Shown one piece after another: positions 61,190 through 63,981 of a stretch of 63,981 nucleotides of DNA. The stretch covers positions 1 through 63,981 of the forward strand of contig JAUVYG010000001.1 of assembly GCA_030603185.1 (NCBI GenBank), written 5' to 3'. The notes beneath the pieces are model-generated. The model made no database searches. It was not told the origin of the DNA and was given only the letters and a program-made list of their open reading frames with translations. This stretch comes from Actinomycetota bacterium (GTDB taxonomy: Bacteria; Actinomycetota; JAUVYG01). Position numbers and translations under genes: made by a program. Each line of letters opens with the position of its first letter. The stretch's first letter is position 1.

Positions 61190-62310
61190 TAATCGGCATA
61201 CCCAGAGAGACCGCCGAGAATGAATTCCGGGTCGCAATGACCCCAGGCGGAGTTCGAGAACTCGCATCCGATGATCATATCGTTCTGGTCGAGAAGGACG
61301 CTGGAATCGGCAGTCTCATTTCCAATGATGATTACCTGGCTGCAGGTGCAACCATGGCCGAAAGAGCCGAGGTGTATGAGCGATCTCATATGATCATCAA
61401 GGTCCAGGCCCCATCGGATTATGAGATGGGACTTCTGGTGGAGGGCCAAGTCGTCTTGGCTTTTCTTCATCTTGCTACCTCCCCAGCTACCGCAAAAGGA
61501 CTAATGGGTAAGCGGGTTACGGCTCTCGCATATGAGACCGTCCAGCAGGATGACGGAAAACTTCCGATTCTAAGGCCAATGAGTGAGATCGCGGGAAGAA
61601 TGGCACCCCAAATAGGGGCGAATCTGCTTGAGAAAGTTCACGGAGGGCGTGGTGTTCTTCTCGGTGCAGTTTCCGGCGTGATGCCAGCTAAGGTTCTAGT
61701 TCTAGGCGCGGGCATGGTCGGAACCAATGCTGCCCGAATGGCGTCCGGCCTAGAGGCCGATGTGACGGTTATGGATATTGACCTGGACAGACTCAGACAT
61801 CTGGATGATCTTCTCTTCGGGCGCATCAAGACACTGGCGTCCCAGAGCTTGATGATAGAAGAAATGGTGCCGAATGCTGATCTTCTTATTGGCGCAGTCT
61901 TGCGACCCGGGGCTATTAGTCCAGTTCTAGTCAGCGAAGAGACCGTCAAACGCATGAAACCCGGGGCAGTCATAGTCGACATAGCCATCGATCAGGGTGG
62001 ATGCGTGGAAACCAGCGAGCCCACCAATCATGCCTCTCCGGTTATTGAGAAACACGGCGTCCTTCACTACGGGGTGCAGAATATTGCTGGCGCGGTTCCG
62101 CGGACCTCCACATTTGCTTTGACCAGCGCTAGCCTCCCTTACATCATCCGACTAGCGAACAAGGGTCTATGGCAGGCGCTCAAGGAAGACCCCGCCCTTG
62201 CTGCGGGCGCGAATATCGTTGATGGCAAAGTTACTTCCGTTCCTGTAGCTGCTGCCCTCGACGAGGAGTATTACGCCTTGGACACATTGATCCCATTCGA
62301 GATCTTTTAG
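61186..62310 (+). CDS. ald: Alanine dehydrogenase
   Basis: MIIGIPRETAENEFRVAMTP and the NAD fold VLGAGMVGTNAA. Confidence 0.93.
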   Translation: MIIGIPRETAENEFRVAMTPGGVRELASDDHIVLVEKDAGIGSLISNDDYLAAGATMAERAEVYERSHMIIKVQAPSDYEMGLLVEGQVVLAFLHLATSPATAKGLMGKRVTALAYETVQQDDGKLPILRPMSEIAGRMAPQIGANLLEKVHGGRGVLLGAVSGVMPAKVLVLGAGMVGTNAARMASGLEADVTVMDIDLDRLRHLDDLLFGRIKTLASQSLMIEEMVPNADLLIGAVLRPGAISPVLVSEETVKRMKPGAVIVDIAIDQGGCVETSEPTNHASPVIEKHGVLHYGVQNIAGAVPRTSTFALTSASLPYIIRLANKGLWQALKEDPALAAGANIVDGKVTSVPVAAALDEEYYALDTLIPFEIF

Positions 62311-62311
62311 G

Positions 62312-63214
62312 GTGCCGCAGCCTCAGGAGCTTATGGATGAGTTCCTTAGTCATATAACCGTTGAGCGTGGCTTGTCCCGAAATACAGTGGCTGCGTACAC
62401 CAGCGATCTAACGCTGTATCTTTCCTTTCTTGCTGGTGCAGGGGTTGAACCCAAAGATGTGGATTTAGACAGGGTCCGCGACTTCCTCGAAGCACAAAGA
62501 GGGGAGGGGTTGGGGTCTACTACATTGGCTCGGCGCACAGCTTCCATCCGGGGTTTCCATAAATTCCTGGTGAGAGAAGGAGTCGTAGACGAATACCGGC
62601 TTTCAGGCCTTCGAGTTCCCAAACTGCCACTAGATCTACCTGATGCGATCTCAGAAGATGACATGGGACATCTTCTCGGTGCGATACAGGAAGTTGATGC
62701 ATATCGAGCTCGCGACCGTGCAATGCTTGAGACAATGTACTCAGGGGGGCTCAGGGTGAGCGAGGTCGTGGGGTTGGATCTCTCAGATGTAGACCTTGAA
62801 GACTCGACGATTCGTGCGCTAGGAAAGGGCTCAAAGGAACGCATAGTTCCGCTTGGAACGATCGCGTCAGATCGTTTGTCGAACTACATCCAGTCTCATC
62901 GACCGTCTTTGCTCAAGAATTCAAGGGGTCCTATTGAGACCGCAATGTTTCTTAATCGGTTCGGGCAGAGGCTATCCCGACAGGCATGTTGGAAGATAGT
63001 GAAGGCCGCAGCTCTCGCGGCTGGACTCCAGAGCAAGGTTACGCCCCACACCTTTCGACACTCATTCGCTACACATATGCTAGAGAACGGTGCGGACCTA
63101 AGGGTGGTCCAAGAGCTGTTAGGGCACTCTTCAATATCAACCACACAGGTATACACCCACTTGTCCAAAAAGCATCTACGGGAGTTATATTCGACTCACC
63201 ATCCTCGCGCATAG
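62312..63214 (+). CDS. xerD: Tyrosine recombinase XerD
   Basis: HTFRHSFATHML, LLGHSSISTTQVYTH. Position after pyrG-nudix. Confidence 0.9.
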   Translation: MPQPQELMDEFLSHITVERGLSRNTVAAYTSDLTLYLSFLAGAGVEPKDVDLDRVRDFLEAQRGEGLGSTTLARRTASIRGFHKFLVREGVVDEYRLSGLRVPKLPLDLPDAISEDDMGHLLGAIQEVDAYRARDRAMLETMYSGGLRVSEVVGLDLSDVDLEDSTIRALGKGSKERIVPLGTIASDRLSNYIQSHRPSLLKNSRGPIETAMFLNRFGQRLSRQACWKIVKAAALAAGLQSKVTPHTFRHSFATHMLENGADLRVVQELLGHSSISTTQVYTHLSKKHLRELYSTHHPRA

Positions 63215-63245
63215 TCTTCTTTGGAAACTCATTGAGATTTTTAAT

Positions 63246-63270
63246 GTTTGCACATATAACTCAAGGGTAA
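63246..63270 (+). promoter_or_regulatory. SigB/SigF-type general-stress promoter candidate (GTTT-15 nt-GGGTAA)
   Basis: GTTT at 63246-63249 and GGGTAA at 63265-63270, ~70 nt upstream of the KGG ORF. Confidence 0.4.
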
Positions 63271-63338
63271 ATCCACGAAGTCAATGCAAGTTCGTATCTT
63301 GAACAGAGATACCATTTGTCAGAGAAGGGGGGAGAACC

Positions 63339-63509
63339 TTGAAGCGAGTAAGAGGTTTTGCGTCAATGTCAAAGACAGCTGTCCGTGAGATTGCTAGCCG
63401 CGGTGGCAAAGCTGCTCATGAGAAGGGTACCGCACACGAGTGGTCCAGTGATGAGGCGCGTGTAGCTGGCAAAAAGGGCGGGGAAGCCCGCGCTAAGATA
63501 CACAAATAG
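63339..63509 (+). CDS. KGG-repeat stress-induced protein (56 aa, not in ORF track)
   Basis: TTG start after AAGGGGGGAG. KRVRGFASMSKTAVREIASRGGKAAHEKGTAHEWSSDEARVAGKKGGEA is the GsiB/YciG-type repeat. Confidence 0.75.
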   Translation: MKRVRGFASMSKTAVREIASRGGKAAHEKGTAHEWSSDEARVAGKKGGEARAKIHK

Positions 63510-63534
63510 CCTTTTAATAGTCTATTTAATAAGA

Positions 63535-63572
63535 GCCTCTCGACGGATGATTATCTGTCGGGGGGCCTTTTT
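63535..63572 (+). terminator. Rho-independent terminator
   Basis: 12-bp stem with 3 G-U pairs (63535-63546 / 63555-63566) and an 8-nt loop, then CTTTTT. Confidence 0.55.
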
Positions 63573-63631
63573 AGTACCATGGTACGAGTTGACTGAAACT
63601 ATCACACTGGAATTTGCGCGAAAGGGACTTG

Positions 63632-63981
63632 ATGAAGATAAAAAATGCTCTGATGTATCCGAGAAGTTTTGCTCTTGGACTGCTGGTATTGGTGCTTGCG
63701 ATCGGGACCATGGGTTGCCCGGTTGCCACGACTACCACCAACAGTGACACGGCTGGATCCACAGAAGAGGTGGACGAAGAGTCAGAAACCGCCACTGAAG
63801 CGGACGATGGTCTCAGCGAGGAATGCCGTAAGCTCAGTCCCCCCCAAGCTAATGCGGCTGCAAGCGCAGGACGCAAGGTTGCAGTGATTCAGACCTCAAA
63901 AGGGACGATAAAATTTGAGTTCCACCCGGATGAGGCGCCACTCCATGTTGCCAACTTCATTCAGCTGACTGAGTGCGGCCT
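63632..63981 (+). CDS. Secreted/lipoprotein-type cyclophilin peptidyl-prolyl isomerase, 5' part (runs off window)
   Basis: The open frame gives MKIKNALMYPRSFALGLLVLVLAIGTMGC... then VAVIQTSKGTIKFEFHPDEAPLHVANFIQLTECG, the cyclophilin N-terminal pattern. Not in the track because it has no stop. Confidence 0.75.
   Translation, partial: MKIKNALMYPRSFALGLLVLVLAIGTMGCPVATTTTNSDTAGSTEEVDEESETATEADDGLSEECRKLSPPQANAAASAGRKVAVIQTSKGTIKFEFHPDEAPLHVANFIQLTECG

Noticed and set aside
62312-63214. Tyrosine recombinase considered as the integrase of a genomic island.
   Set aside because: XerD-type motifs and the conserved pyrG-nudix-(ald)-xerD housekeeping context. No att-like repeats or cargo genes are adjacent.
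63547-63887. Track ORFs 63547-63747 (+), 63669-63887 (+) and 63571-63876 (-).
   Set aside because: A third + frame gives a signal peptide plus a cyclophilin core and stays open to the window end. The listed ORFs are off-frame shadows.

Overview
This is a gene-dense 64-kb chromosomal core region, almost entirely on the + strand. By synteny it comes from a Gram-positive organism, most likely a deep-branching Actinomycetota-like lineage; this is inference, not a database result. In order it holds: gatB (3' part); a NifV-like synthase; a pseudo-receiver/GAF/HD-GYP protein; NAPRTase; a PBP5-type carboxypeptidase; gcvT-H-PA-PB plus a lipoate ligase; an RsiG-like coiled coil; FHA and MerR genes; ffh-rpsP-KH-rimM-trmD-rplS-lepB-rnhB-yraN; a parvulin; mazG-eno-ftsB-ppx-galT; argS; rpsF-ssb-rpsR-DUF2232-rplI-dnaB; purA-D-E-B-(membrane)-C-S-Q-L-F; efp; a two-subunit pyruvate-carboxylase-like pair; nusB-xseB-ispA-dxs-tlyA-nadK-recN-steA-mctB; a GT2/GT4 pair; pyrG-nudix-ald-xerD; a KGG stress protein; and a cyclophilin (5' part). 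I recognised no rRNA, tRNA, CRISPR, transposase, phage or defence genes. The main anomaly is a ~2.7-kb block of different composition (about 2263-4981). It carries an intact proteobacterial-type monomeric isocitrate dehydrogenase with its own terminator and a 27-codon clpS stub. The block sits inside, and replaces the middle of, a resident isocitrate/isopropylmalate-dehydrogenase-family gene. This is either an in-situ non-orthologous displacement by horizontal transfer or an assembly chimera; sequence alone cannot decide. Three ORFs absent from the supplied track are proposed: xseB, the KGG protein and the cyclophilin. All motif calls, promoter calls and GC estimates were made by eye and hand count, with no searches run.
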